Under the pieces are notes generated by a model. That model had not been told where the DNA came from. It saw only the letters and a list, made by a program, of their open reading frames with translations, and ran no database searches. From contig LSRY02000025.1 of assembly GCA_001643675.2 (NCBI GenBank), forward strand, positions 1-64,000: DNA of 64,000 nucleotides, read 5' to 3'. Origin of the DNA: Monocercomonoides exilis PA203. Lineage: Eukaryota > Protista > Preaxostyla. Shown piece after piece: positions 48,492-60,400 of this stretch; position 1 is the first letter of the stretch, and every line of letters starts with the position of its first letter. Made by a program: the position numbers and the translations under genes.

Positions 48492-51407
48492 ATGGCGGTG
48501 TGCTTGCCTCCAGCAACTCCGTCTCCACTTCACTCTGAAAATCCAACCACTTCATATTTATATGCCTGTACGATGAGCTCTCGACTAAAACAACGTAATA
48601 GTGGATATTCTACCCGACTTAGAGATTCACAACAAGTTCATAAATTCACTTTTTCATCGTGTCCAACTCTTTATTCGATTAATAAAATTGATTCTATCGC
48701 TAATATTAATTTGGCTTCAGGGCATACTATTCCTCAGTCGTTCTTTTTTCGATATTTCTTAAAGCTGTTGCCTGATGAAAGAGAAACAAAATTAAGACCT
48801 CTTACAGAATTAACACGGAGACTTACAACTTATGTGATAAATATTCTACATAAATGTGATATGGATTCTATGTTTCGACACATTTCGAGCATTATTGATT
48901 TTTTCCGCCTCGATGAAGAATTACTTTTGCTCTCTGTTATTATTCTTCACAGATATCTTCAACAAATGAAAGGATGTCTGACAATTTGCCATGAATCGGA
49001 AATGTTTTATTTACTTGTTTTATGCTTTATTCTTGCATATAAAGGTCTTAGAGATGAACCTTTTGGTATTGGAGAAGTTGCCCGTTGTTTGAATCTGGAG
49101 GCGCACGGAATATTTAGCAACGAAATCCAAATTTTGACAACGCTCCAGTTTTCTCTCTACTTCTCTCGAGAAGATTTACAAGGATTGGAAGAGCTATTTC
49201 CAATTGAAGGGTTGATGCTTCTATCTTATTCTAAAGAAAGTGATATTTACCCCGAAGTGTACGAAGCATATAGCGCGATGCTGAAAGAGCAGTCAGATCT
49301 CACAGCATTCCCATTAACCTCTACAACTGCGTGCTATTCAAGTTTCTCGACTCATTCAGGTTTTCTTCAGGAACAGTCAGCACAAGATAGACAAGGGCAA
49401 ATGAAGGCTCAAAGGAAAATGGCTTGCCAAACAGCATTGTCTGGAATGTTGCTTGTGAAGAGAGGGAAAGAGAGCGAAATGCTGCTTCGGCTGCGCTCGG
49501 CTCTTTCTTCTGCGTCTGATGGCTTTGAAGACGTGCCTGTGACTTTGCTAAAGCATCTGTCTTTGTCAAGTGATGAGAAAAAAGAGGGAAAGAAGAAGAA
49601 AGAAGAAGAATACGAAGAAGAAGAAGATGATGACGACGACGACGACGATGAAAAATCAGAAGAAACACGTTTGATTCCTATCAATGCGACTCAAGAGTTT
49701 GCTGCACCTGTTGAACAGCCATTCAAAAGAAGAAGAAGAAGAAGAATTATTAGAGAAAGCAATAGAAGAGAAGACGAAAGAGAGAGAGAAAGAGAAAGAG
49801 AAAGAGAAAGAGAAGCAAGAATAAGAGAAGAAAACATATTAAGAAGCAATAGCCCCATAAATAACAGAAAAGACAATGATGTTTCATCAGATTTGTATTC
49901 GTTTGATGTTCCACACAGAAAAATAAGAGAAAAAATTTCAAAGTCAACAGAAGTTATGTCTCTATCATACAAACTACCCTCAGAATTGGCTGCTCATTTG
50001 GCTTCTCCTATCAATTTTTCTTCTTCTTCTATTTCAAAATCTTATTCTTCTTCTTCTTCTTCCTTTTCTTCTTCTTCATATTCTTCTTCTTCTTTCTCTT
50101 CTCCTTCTTTTTTGAGTTCTTCATTGATAAATGTCTCATCTTCGCTTCCAACTCCTATCTTTTCTTCTCTCACAGCTCTTGATGCTTCTAATGATTATAC
50201 TTCTTCTTCTTCCTCTTCTTCTTCTTATTCTTATTCTCATTCAATTGCTTCTATGTCTTCTTCATTTACCTCTTCTTCTTCTTCTTTTTCATATTCTTCT
50301 TCTTTATCCTCATCAATTGCCTCATCAATTTCTTCCTTCTCTTCCTTCTCTTCCTCTCTCGAACAACCAACATCCACACGTCAAACTCCTCTTCCTCCTG
50401 TTCTTCCTCCTCCTCCTCTTCCTCTTCTTCCTTCTTCTTCTTCTTCTTCTTCTTCCTCTTCCTCTTCCTCTTCTTCTTCTTCATCTTTCTTCTTCTTCTC
50501 CCCTTTCGTTTCTTCTTGCCCTCTTCCTCATTCAGCTATGAACCTTCCTCCTTATCTTTCGCTTTCATCAGCAACAACAACATCTTCTTTTTCTTCTTCT
50601 TCTTCTTCTTCTTCTTCTTCTTCTTCCTCCTCCTCTTCTTTAAATCCATTATCATCATCATCAGCAGCAGCAGCAGCAATAACAACTTCTTCCTCTTCCT
50701 CTTCATCATCATCATCATCTTCTTCTTCTTCTTCATTAACATCTTCTTCTGGTGCTCTTTCTAATATTTCACCACAAATTCTTCTTTCCTTCTGTCCGCA
50801 AACCACTTTCCTCTCTTTCTCGTCTGTTTGCTCTGGAAATAGTGAAGAAAGAAAAGAAAGAGAAGGAAGGGAAGAAATAGAAGGAAGTGAAGGGATAGGA
50901 TTGGAGATAGAAGGAGAGAAGGAGAAGGAGAAAGAAGAAGAGGAAGAGGAAGAGAGAAAGAAGGAAAAGAATAGAGGAAAAGAGATAGAGAAAGAGAAAG
51001 AGAAAGGAATAGGAAAGGGAATAGAAATGAGAAAGGATGAGAAAGAGAAGAAGAACAAAGTCGGATTAGAGGAAAGAGGAGCAAGTGATTATGATGAATA
51101 TGATGATAAGGAAGACAATGAAGAAACAAAAGAAGAAGAAGAAGAAAGAGAAGAAGGAGAAGGAGAAGGAGAAGAAGGTAACAATGAAAATAACAATGAA
51201 GATGAAAATATCAATAATAATATCAATAATAATTATGATTATGAAGAAGAAGAAGAAGATGATGATGATAACTTTGAAAAAGAAGATGAAAAAGAAGAAG
51301 ATTATTCTGCTCATTGGAATACAAGAAACGAATGGATTTATTATGAAACTCTGTATTCTGGTGATAGGAGCATTGAACGAAGTATTTATAGCCCTGTTTC
51401 GATTTAA
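48492..51407 (+). CDS. Pho80/Pcl-like cyclin-box protein with long Ser- and Glu-rich tail
   Basis: LLLSVIILHRY..YLLVLCFILAYKGLRDEPF..EVARCL..SNEIQILTTLQFSLY follows the Pho80-type cyclin box pattern. The remainder is largely low complexity. Confidence 0.7.
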   Translation: MAVCLPPATPSPLHSENPTTSYLYACTMSSRLKQRNSGYSTRLRDSQQVHKFTFSSCPTLYSINKIDSIANINLASGHTIPQSFFFRYFLKLLPDERETKLRPLTELTRRLTTYVINILHKCDMDSMFRHISSIIDFFRLDEELLLLSVIILHRYLQQMKGCLTICHESEMFYLLVLCFILAYKGLRDEPFGIGEVARCLNLEAHGIFSNEIQILTTLQFSLYFSREDLQGLEELFPIEGLMLLSYSKESDIYPEVYEAYSAMLKEQSDLTAFPLTSTTACYSSFSTHSGFLQEQSAQDRQGQMKAQRKMACQTALSGMLLVKRGKESEMLLRLRSALSSASDGFEDVPVTLLKHLSLSSDEKKEGKKKKEEEYEEEEDDDDDDDDEKSEETRLIPINATQEFAAPVEQPFKRRRRRRIIRESNRREDEREREREREREREARIREENILRSNSPINNRKDNDVSSDLYSFDVPHRKIREKISKSTEVMSLSYKLPSELAAHLASPINFSSSSISKSYSSSSSSFSSSSYSSSSFSSPSFLSSSLINVSSSLPTPIFSSLTALDASNDYTSSSSSSSSYSYSHSIASMSSSFTSSSSSFSYSSSLSSSIASSISSFSSFSSSLEQPTSTRQTPLPPVLPPPPLPLLPSSSSSSSSSSSSSSSSSSFFFFSPFVSSCPLPHSAMNLPPYLSLSSATTTSSFSSSSSSSSSSSSSSSSLNPLSSSSAAAAAITTSSSSSSSSSSSSSSSSLTSSSGALSNISPQILLSFCPQTTFLSFSSVCSGNSEERKEREGREEIEGSEGIGLEIEGEKEKEKEEEEEEERKKEKNRGKEIEKEKEKGIGKGIEMRKDEKEKKNKVGLEERGASDYDEYDDKEDNEETKEEEEEREEGEGEGEEGNNENNNEDENINNNINNNYDYEEEEEDDDDNFEKEDEKEEDYSAHWNTRNEWIYYETLYSGDRSIERSIYSPVSI

Positions 51408-53490
51408 TGAGGAGAACAAAAGATTTTAAAAAAAAAGAAGAAGAAAGAAAAGAAAAGAAAGATATTATTTCAATGTTTTGATGGAACATTAAGTTTATTA
51501 TTAGAAAGAATGGAATACAAATTGAAAGGGAAATGAATAAAATAAAGAAAAAAGAATAGGAAGAGGAAGAAGGTAAAGTCAAAAAGCATAAAATAGAACA
51601 AAAAGGTGAAAGAATTCGTCTATTTTTTTTAAAAAGAAGCTTTTGTTCTCAAGCAATGAATCAAATTTAGATAAATGTTGTGAAATTAGAACTTGTTGTT
51701 ATGAAATTCTTTGTTTTTTTTCCAAAGATCTTCATTCTTTTTTTCAAACATTCAATTCTTTTTATTTATTTTCTTAAATGTTTTTAATGGTTTTGATGTT
51801 TTTTAATTATTTTTAATTATTTTTTAATTTTTTCAATAAATTGTTTGATAAATATACAACTTTTACTCTTTTTTCATTACTTTCATTTGAAATAGTCTTT
51901 CTCATTTATTCTCGTTTTCTGTTGGTCGGTTGACTTTACAGCAGAAATTTTTAATTTTAAATTTATTTTTTATTTTAAATTTAATTTCTTTTTTTCTTTT
52001 TCATTTTTTTTTTTTTTAATAACATGTTTACACTCTCTTAGTCCCTTTGTGAATGAACTCTTGTATTTTATTGCTTTGATTGAAAATGTTATTTGTCTTT
52101 TTTTTTTTTTTTCCAAAAATAATTATGTTTAAAATATTAATATTTATTTTATTTTATTTTTTGTTTGTTTAAAATTCTCAAAAAAAATAATGTTAAAATT
52201 AGAAAAATAGAAATTTTGTTACTTTAATTTGTGAATGTGATATTTTTTCTTTAAAATCTTTAAGTTTTTAATTAAAACAAGTTTTGAATCATTTAAATTC
52301 CTGTTATTATCACATTTCCGTTTTTATTAATCAACAATATTTAATTTCTTTGATTATCTTATAGTTGCTTCATTTGATAGCATTAACTCAGATAAATTTT
52401 AAAGAAAAAAGTTTTTAACTTCATGTTTCATCAACTTTCAATTTCGTTGTAGGTTTCAATCTTTGCCCAGACAATAATTGCTAACATGATTGTGAATCAC
52501 ACTGCCTTGCGATTTTTAACATAATCACATTGACATGTTATTTTTAATGAAAAATCAAAATTTGAAAAAAGAAATTAACTCTGCACAGCTAAAACACTGA
52601 CATTTTCGAGAAAAACTTGAAACTTTGTTCTTATCAATCGAGTTCTTCATTGAAAGATGCTCATTTCAATTCTTGCTTTATTTGGCAAGAATAAAGAATT
52701 GAAAAAGCTGCAAATACACATTTTCTTAATCTTTTGGTTTTTGTTGAGTTATTCATAAACAACAAGCAATTCACAAGAAAGGACACCTAAATAATACATC
52801 ACAAGCAACAGCTTGACTTTCTCACTATTTTTTGATTTTGTGCTTAAAGTCTCATTAAATTAAAGAGAATTCTATTTAGAAAAGAAAAAGAAAAGAATTT
52901 TTTTTTTTTTTTTGTTTTCTCTATTCAATTTGATTTTTCATTTCAAAAAAATAAAAAAAAGTTCGATTTGTTCAAATTAGAATCTTATATCTCACAGTAA
53001 ATTAAACATAACAGCAAAGTTTTAAAAAGCAAAAAGAAAAAAAACATGCAAAATAATAAAAAAAGTAATATTTTGAGAGTACTTACGAGAACAGCAATTG
53101 AAGAAGAGACAAGAAATAATAATAACGTTTTTTAAAATAAAATAAAATCAAATCAAATAAAAATAAAATAAAATATAAAAAAATAAAACAATATGAATGG
53201 TACGATAAGAAATCAAGTTGAGTTAGCTATTAATTAAAACAGAACAGAGTACGAAAAGAAAATTAAAGCAACGTTGTTAGAAAATTTGCTTAAAAAATCG
53301 AACAAAACTTTTCACAGATCAAATAAACAAATAAAAAATTATTTATTTGAGAAAAAAATAAATTAAAAAGGAGAATTTAATAAGAAAACTTCGAATAAAA
53401 CAATCAATCAGAACATATACAAACTATTAACAAACTATTTTTTCTGTTGAAAAAAGCCAAAGTTAAAAAGAAAATAAAAGAAAGGAAAGT

Positions 53491-53575
53491 GAAAGAAAAG
53501 AAAGAAAAGAAAGAAAAGAAAGAAAAGAAAGAAAAGAAAGAAAAGAAAGAAAAGAAAGAAAAGAAAGAAAAGAAA
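53491..53575. repeat. (GAAAGAAAA)n tandem repeat, ~9 units
   Basis: Directly visible. Confidence 0.9.
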
Positions 53576-54116
53576 ATGAAAGAAAGAGAGAGAGAAATTT
53601 TGTGCTTTCAACAAAAAAACAAAAAGAAAGATAGAAAAAAAAAATGTTCCGATCGAATATGAAGTTACAGATGGCAAATAAATGGCAACAAGTATTCGAA
53701 GAACATGAAGATTACAAGTTTAGTTAACAGCATCAATTATTATAAAAATAACAATAAAAACATTGAAAAAAAATAAATAAATAAAAAAATAAAAAAATAA
53801 AATAAAACATATTTACAAGATATATCAACAAAAGGGAGCAAAAAGAACGAACTTTTAGTGGTTTTGCTTTTGAGCAAGAGAGGAGAGAAAGAAAGGAGTA
53901 AAAAGATCAAACAGATTCAAGAAAATTGTACAAGTCTCCAATGTAAATACATTTGGGCAAGAAATTAAAAAAGATAATGAAAAAAAATAATTGAAAAAAT
54001 AATCAAAAAATAAAAACAAAATTATAAAAATAGAAAGAATTGAAATAATCTAACAACTACGAAGCTTCACAGCAAAAATCTCTTCTCTTCATCTACAATT
54101 AAACGAGAAAAAAAAT

Positions 54117-54374
54117 AAAGAGAAAGAGAAAGAGAAAGAGAAAGAGAAAGAGAAAGAGAAAGAGAAAGAGAAAGAGAAAGAGAAAGAGAAAGAGAAAGAG
54201 AAAGAGAAAGAGAAAGAGAAAGAGAAAGAGAAAGAGAAAGAGAAAGAGAAAGAGAAAGAGAAAGAGAAAGAGAAAGAGAAAGAGAAAGAGAAAGAGAAAG
54301 AGAAAGAGAAAGAGAAAGAGAAAGAGAAAGAGAAAGAGAAAGAGAAAGAGAAAGAGAAAGAGAAAGAGAAAGAA
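54117..54374. repeat. (AGAAAG)n microsatellite, ~42 units
   Basis: Directly visible pure purine hexamer array, ~120 bp past the stop of the 3038-aa gene. Confidence 0.97.
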
Positions 54375-54495
54375 GATATAAAGATGAAGAAAGATAGAAG
54401 GAAAAAGTTTGAGAAATAGAGAAAAAGAAAAACAGAGAGAGAATAAAATAAAAAGTTAAACAAAAAATTAATAAGCACAGCAAAAAGGGTGTTTT

Positions 54496-57400
54496 TTACT
54501 CTTCATCCTTCAGCGACGAGAACATCGAATCCCCCGACTTCAAAGACGCGCTGTCGTCCTCCTCCTTTTCTGTCCTTATGCTCTCCGCCACGCTCTCACT
54601 CGCATAGCTCTCGTTATCCTCCTCTTCCTCGTCATCATATCCCGACTTGTTCTGCTCCTCTTCGCTTTCTTCCACATCCGACATCAGCCGTTCCGACGCT
54701 GTTGTATCCAAATCTATCGCATCTGACATCGTCATCGCTGTCATCCCCTCTGGAAACTGCGAAATGAGCATCCGCTTCAGCTCAATCAGACTCGGACGCT
54801 CCTGCTGCGAGCGCGACAGGCACTGCTTGATGATCTTCCGCATCTCTTCGCCAAACACCTCCGAAAGCGCCGGCAGCTCGTACGACGCAAGCTTCATCGC
54901 TGCCGTCAGCGCATCCACGTCTTCAAACGGCACGTTCTCTGTCGATATCTCCCACAGCATCATCCCCACCGAAAACGCCAGTGTCTTCTCGTTCGCCTCC
55001 GACGTCTCCTTCACCAGCTCTGGCGCCTTCCACCGCAAAGAGTCGTCTGTAAACAGCACATCATACGAAGACGTGTTCGTTCCCAGGTTTCCTGTCTTCG
55101 TGCTTGCTCCTCCTCCTCTTTCATTGCCATTTCTGTTGCCAATTGTTGTTGTCGCTGTCGACACACCTTTTCTCGACCGACTTCCTCCGCCCAGCGTCAG
55201 CTCGTCGTCCAGCTCCACCCCCAACACAATCACCCCTTCATCGCCAAACAGAATGCAGTGCGGCGACAGATTCGCCAAAATCGCGTTCTTCGGGTCAATC
55301 TCCATCAGATGCTGGCACCCGTTCAGCGCCCAGAACAGCACCTGCGACGCATACTGCTCCTTCCGCGTCGCTAGCAGCGCTGTGTTGTTCGCCTGCTGCG
55401 AGTCTTTCCCGTCTTGCCCGCTTTTCCCGCTTTCTGTTCTCGCGTCTGATGAGCTCGGGTAGCTAAATGCCTTCGTCGGGCGCGGGTCGCCGTCGTGCGT
55501 AGGAATCTGGCTGGGCTGATGCACATGCACAAACAGTGAATCGCGTAAGTCGACGATGATCTTCTCAAAGGGCGTCTCACAGCTCATCCCCTCAATCAGA
55601 TTCGAAATTGAAGACGTCGTTGGAGCCATGTCTGACGCACACGAGCTGAACGAGTCCAGCTCAGACGTGGCTGTGCTGGTTGTCTCGTCTCCGCTCCTCC
55701 AGCGCCCTCCTCCTCCTCTTCCATCCATTCCTTCCCTCTTCAGCGTCGCCACATCTATCGTGTCCAGCCCCGCAATCTCCACAGTCGACGACATGTTCGG
55801 CAGAAGCGCATCTTTCGAGTTGTAGCTGTCGCTTGAGTTGCCAAGCAGAATTTCTGATGTCGTCCCATCGGCACAGCGCAGATCCATCGTGCCCATTTTG
55901 TTCATCGCCTTCCGCGTGCCGTTCAGCGGGTTGTCCATCATGTCCTCGTTCTCCATCTCGATCTCCTTCAGATACATCATCTGGTTCTCTGCTTTGTTCC
56001 CTTTCCGCTTCTTCCACGCAATCTGCACGATTATCAGAATAAGAAGGATAAGCACAAGCACAATTGCAATGATGAAAGCTATCATCCACGTCGAGTTGCC
56101 TCCGTTGTTCACCTGGCTAATCCTGCCATCGTCTGGAGAGTCAGCGACTGTCGTGTTTTGAAGCATGAGGATCGTCGAATAGCTTGGATTTCCACCATTT
56201 TTCTCGTTGAATACGAGTTGAACTGACATCACGCTCTTATCCCCCTTTTCTGCGATTTCTGCTTCTGGAACAGTTGCAATGGCTTCGGCTTCTGAGACAA
56301 ACGAAGAGAATTCGTGGTTGACAATCTCACTTGATGAGCTGTGGTCGTAAATAATCCTGAATGACAGATCACACGGAATCAGCAGAGAACCACTCACTGC
56401 GATTTCACGGTTGTCTCCAACAGTTCTGTTGGTCGCTCTCTTCAGCGAAGGAATGAAGAAAGGAGATTGTCTGTCAGCAGCTGCACCAGAAAGCTTGCAT
56501 CCTTCGTTCAGAATCCACAAAGACGATGTTGCTGCGTCTGATTCATCGCCGCTGCCATCCACATTTTCAACAGTCAGCATCGATTCCTGTCCAACACAAT
56601 GAATGTTCCGATTCACTGATTCAAAGCCGGGGATGTTCGGCTTGTTTCCCTCGAAATCGCTCTTTGAAAGAGTTGCATTGCTTTTTGTGATTGAAAGGCC
56701 GCCCTTTGCAGAGTTGGCAAAAGTGGCAATTTCAATCACAGCGTTGCTCTGCTCCAAATGAAGGAGAGAACCTTGCCATGTGCAGATTTCAGGATCATCC
56801 AATTTAGCATTGGAAATTCGCTTGCGCTTGTCATCATTGACTTTTGCATTCTTATTGTTCGATGTTGTCGTTGCTGCTGCTGAAACTGTTGAGCCATCAA
56901 AGAGACAGTCATGCAGTTGGATGTCTGGACACGAGAAGAATGATGCAATGCTGCCTTTTGTGGATGGAGAATAGCAATCGATGAACGAGCAATTCGTAAA
57001 CTGCAAAGTGAACGGATTCGAAGCAGAAAGAGAAGAATAAGGTGAAGACAAGGAAGAAGAGGAAGAAAGAAGAGTTGATTCGCCAGAGGCAGAAATGACA
57101 CAGGCACCATTTGTGGTTCTTTTGACGTGTTCAACAGTCAAAGTGTTGATTGTCAGCGCATGGTTGATTGCTTCCTCATTTGGCAATTGCAAAGCAGAAA
57201 ATGAAGAATGTGATGAAATATCATCAGGATTTTTGTCTGCATTTATCAAAATGACAGCCCCATCTTTGATCTCAATTGTTGAAATTTTCACTTTCAGCAA
57301 AGAACCACAAGATTGTGATGAGAAGGCAAAAATGCTGAAATTTGAGTTGCAATTTGTGATGTTCACCCGCTCAAGAGAAGCATTTCCTTGTTTGCCATCC

Positions 57401-60400
57401 AATATTCCATTATTTGCATTGATATTCGAAACAGTTGAGTTGCTCAAAAGCGCATTTCCTTCTTGTTCGGTTCTTATGAGAGAACCACCAACAGTCAACA
57501 AAGAGATGCTTGTCTTTAAAATATCTAATCTTCCCTTTTGAACACTAAACAGAGCAGAATGTATTGCCACTGTTTCATCTTCACCAGTGAATGAGCATTG
57601 CGTAATAGAAGTCGTTCCATTGATCTGATTGAGCACAGAAACATGCTTCGATTGGAAGGCCGAGCCAAAGGCAAAATCACACAAAGTGATAACAACATCA
57701 TCTGCTGTTTGAATCAACGAAGAATCTGCTGATGTGCTGGCATATTCCTTGCTCAGAATTATCCTGCAATTTTCCTTCAAGCGCGATCTGACTGTCAAAT
57801 CATCCATCACTGCCTCTCCTCCCACCTCTGCCTCATCCAAAATCCACAGAAAGCGCGCATATCCTTCGTCAATATGCTTCACTCCCTCAGAAACTGTCTG
57901 GCAGGGCGATTTAACTGACCCGCACGTGTTGTTGTCCAATGAGTCTGAGGATGTCACAAAGATCTGCTCTGAACGGTAAAAACGTATCAAAGAAAGAATA
58001 TTTATAACTTCTTGAGATATGTCTATACCGCAAAATGCTTTGTCATCGCTAAACGAAGACTGCGAATAATCCAAACTAAACAGAGAATTCGTAACTTGTT
58101 CGTTAATATTGTTGCAATAGATAAAGAAATCATTGCCTTCTTTTGCACTATTCATTGAGAAATTAACTGCTCTCATATAAAAATTCAATTTAGGTGACTC
58201 CGTCTGAGGAGAAGGAGGTTTATTCGGAACACAATCAAGATACAATCCACCCCCTCTTCCATTATTTGATGAGGTGCTGCACTGTGTGAACGAGCATTCT
58301 TCTATCCTCAAAGAGCCATCTGGTGCTGGATGATTAAATAGAATCGCTCCACCTGTGTCCGAAGATGAGGAGCAGGTGCTAAATTGTGTTCCATTAATAA
58401 TACAGTTAATTGCTTCGAAGTTTGATTTAGGATTCGGAGAAATAACACATCCGCCCGCATTTTGACTGAGTCCAATATTCGTAAAATTGCTGTTTGTGAC
58501 GCTGACAATGCATTGGTTGTTTGTACGACGATCATTCTCAACTGAAAATTGCGCATTTGAAGAAGAAATAGAAGCAGATGCAGAAGGAGCAGGCGAAAGA
58601 GCAATTAGCGGTGAATCTGAAAGTGTGATGCCATCAACTTTGAAGTTATCGATCGTTCCAGACACAGCAGACGACGATATTGCAAGAATTGACGATTTCA
58701 AATTCTGACCGTTCAACTCACAGTTTATGATGCTCACTGATCCTTGGAGTGCATTTATGATGAGTGTATTGCATTCGCTTGAAAAAACAAAGTCGTCGTT
58801 GTTCAGAATGAGATTAGAAACAGGTACTGAAAGCTCAATTAATGAAGTATGATATTCAAAAGAGGGAGGGATGTTCAATGAAACATACTCAAATGTGCAT
58901 TTGACTTTCACATTTATAAGTCCCTTTGTACTTGTTCCGCCATTTGCAATAATCAGTTTTTGCTTTGGTGGAACTGGATCGGCCTGTTGGCTAACGCCAT
59001 TTCCAATGATCAAATGCTCAATTTCTTCGATGGCCAATTCTCCATCAATTTTCGCTCCTTCCATAACAAATACTTGCTTTTTTTCAGCACTTTCTATCTT
59101 TCCCAGTGCTTTTTGAACAGTTTTGCACGGATATGCTGTAAATCCACACACAACAACATCCACCCCATCTTCTCCCACATATGGAACATCACCATAAGAA
59201 TGGAAGAAATAAACAAGCGGAATCGCGTTGTCTTTATCGCTTCCATCAAATCCTTTCATCGAATCAACGTTTTCAATTGAAATCTGCTTGGCAAATGGAA
59301 GAGTTTGCTCTGTGATACTGTCTTTGAGCGAGGCAGAACTTGCAAACAAATCTTTTCCAAACGAAGCAACGTTGACTTTATCACCTTCACCAAAAGTTGG
59401 AGAACTGATGACAAAATTGTTGGAATTAGCTGCCAAATCGAGATAAATGCCTCCTCCATAACCAATCATCGTCGGTGGATATGCTGGAGCTTTGCATGAC
59501 TTGAATGAGCATGAACTAATTATCAATTTTGTGCTTGCAACAGGATGAGCGTAAATGGCTCCTCCCTTTCCGTTTGAGACAAACGTTTCACATTCCTCAA
59601 ATACGCAGTTGTTGACGGTGATTTCGGAGGTAAAGTCAGTTGCTTTCGATTCTTCAATTAAGATTGCGCCTCCATTTGCTGAAATCGCTCTGCATTGCTT
59701 GAAAGTGTTGTTATTTATTGTTAGACTCTTGCTGCTTGTGACTTTGATGACTGAGCATTCGCTATTACTTTCATGAGACAAAGTGGCATTTTTAATCTCG
59801 CATTTTGTTTTGCCTTCAATCAGAATGATTTCGCTTGTCCCTTGATTTGTAGTGAAACTTCCTGTTAGAAAAGAAATGACTCCAGAAACACTCGATTCAT
59901 CTGTTGTTCGATATGCAATGAAATGCTTTTCACTAGCTGGATACACATCATCCATTGAAAGATAATCCACATTCAGACATCCCGCTCCTTCAACCACAAT
60001 AACATCATAATTAATATTTGTGACAGATTGTGCCATCACAACGTGGCTATTCCGAAAAGACAGCGTTTGAGCTGAACAATCAAACAGAGATGCTCTTGAA
60101 GCATTCAAATTCTCAGGAATTGACAAAGTGATTTTGCTTATCGAAAAGTCCATCGCAACCGAAAAGAAGCATTGCTTGCTGTTGCTGGCATCTGTGTCTG
60201 TTATACTCACAGTGCTCTCACCTTCTGAGCTTTCAAGACTCAACTTCTTATTTGAAGAACTCAGATGCAGCGGCTTATCAATAGAAGACAACGTTTTGAC
60301 CTTCACAACAGAATTATCTGCTGTAAATGTATTGAATCTCAAGTTGAGAATATGATTGATTGTCTCGCAAGGTGCTTCAGAAAACCCACAGCCACTGAAA

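Noticed and set aside
53435-54483. KE-, SL- and SF-repeat ORFs
   Set aside because: These are translations of microsatellites that lack stop codons by composition.
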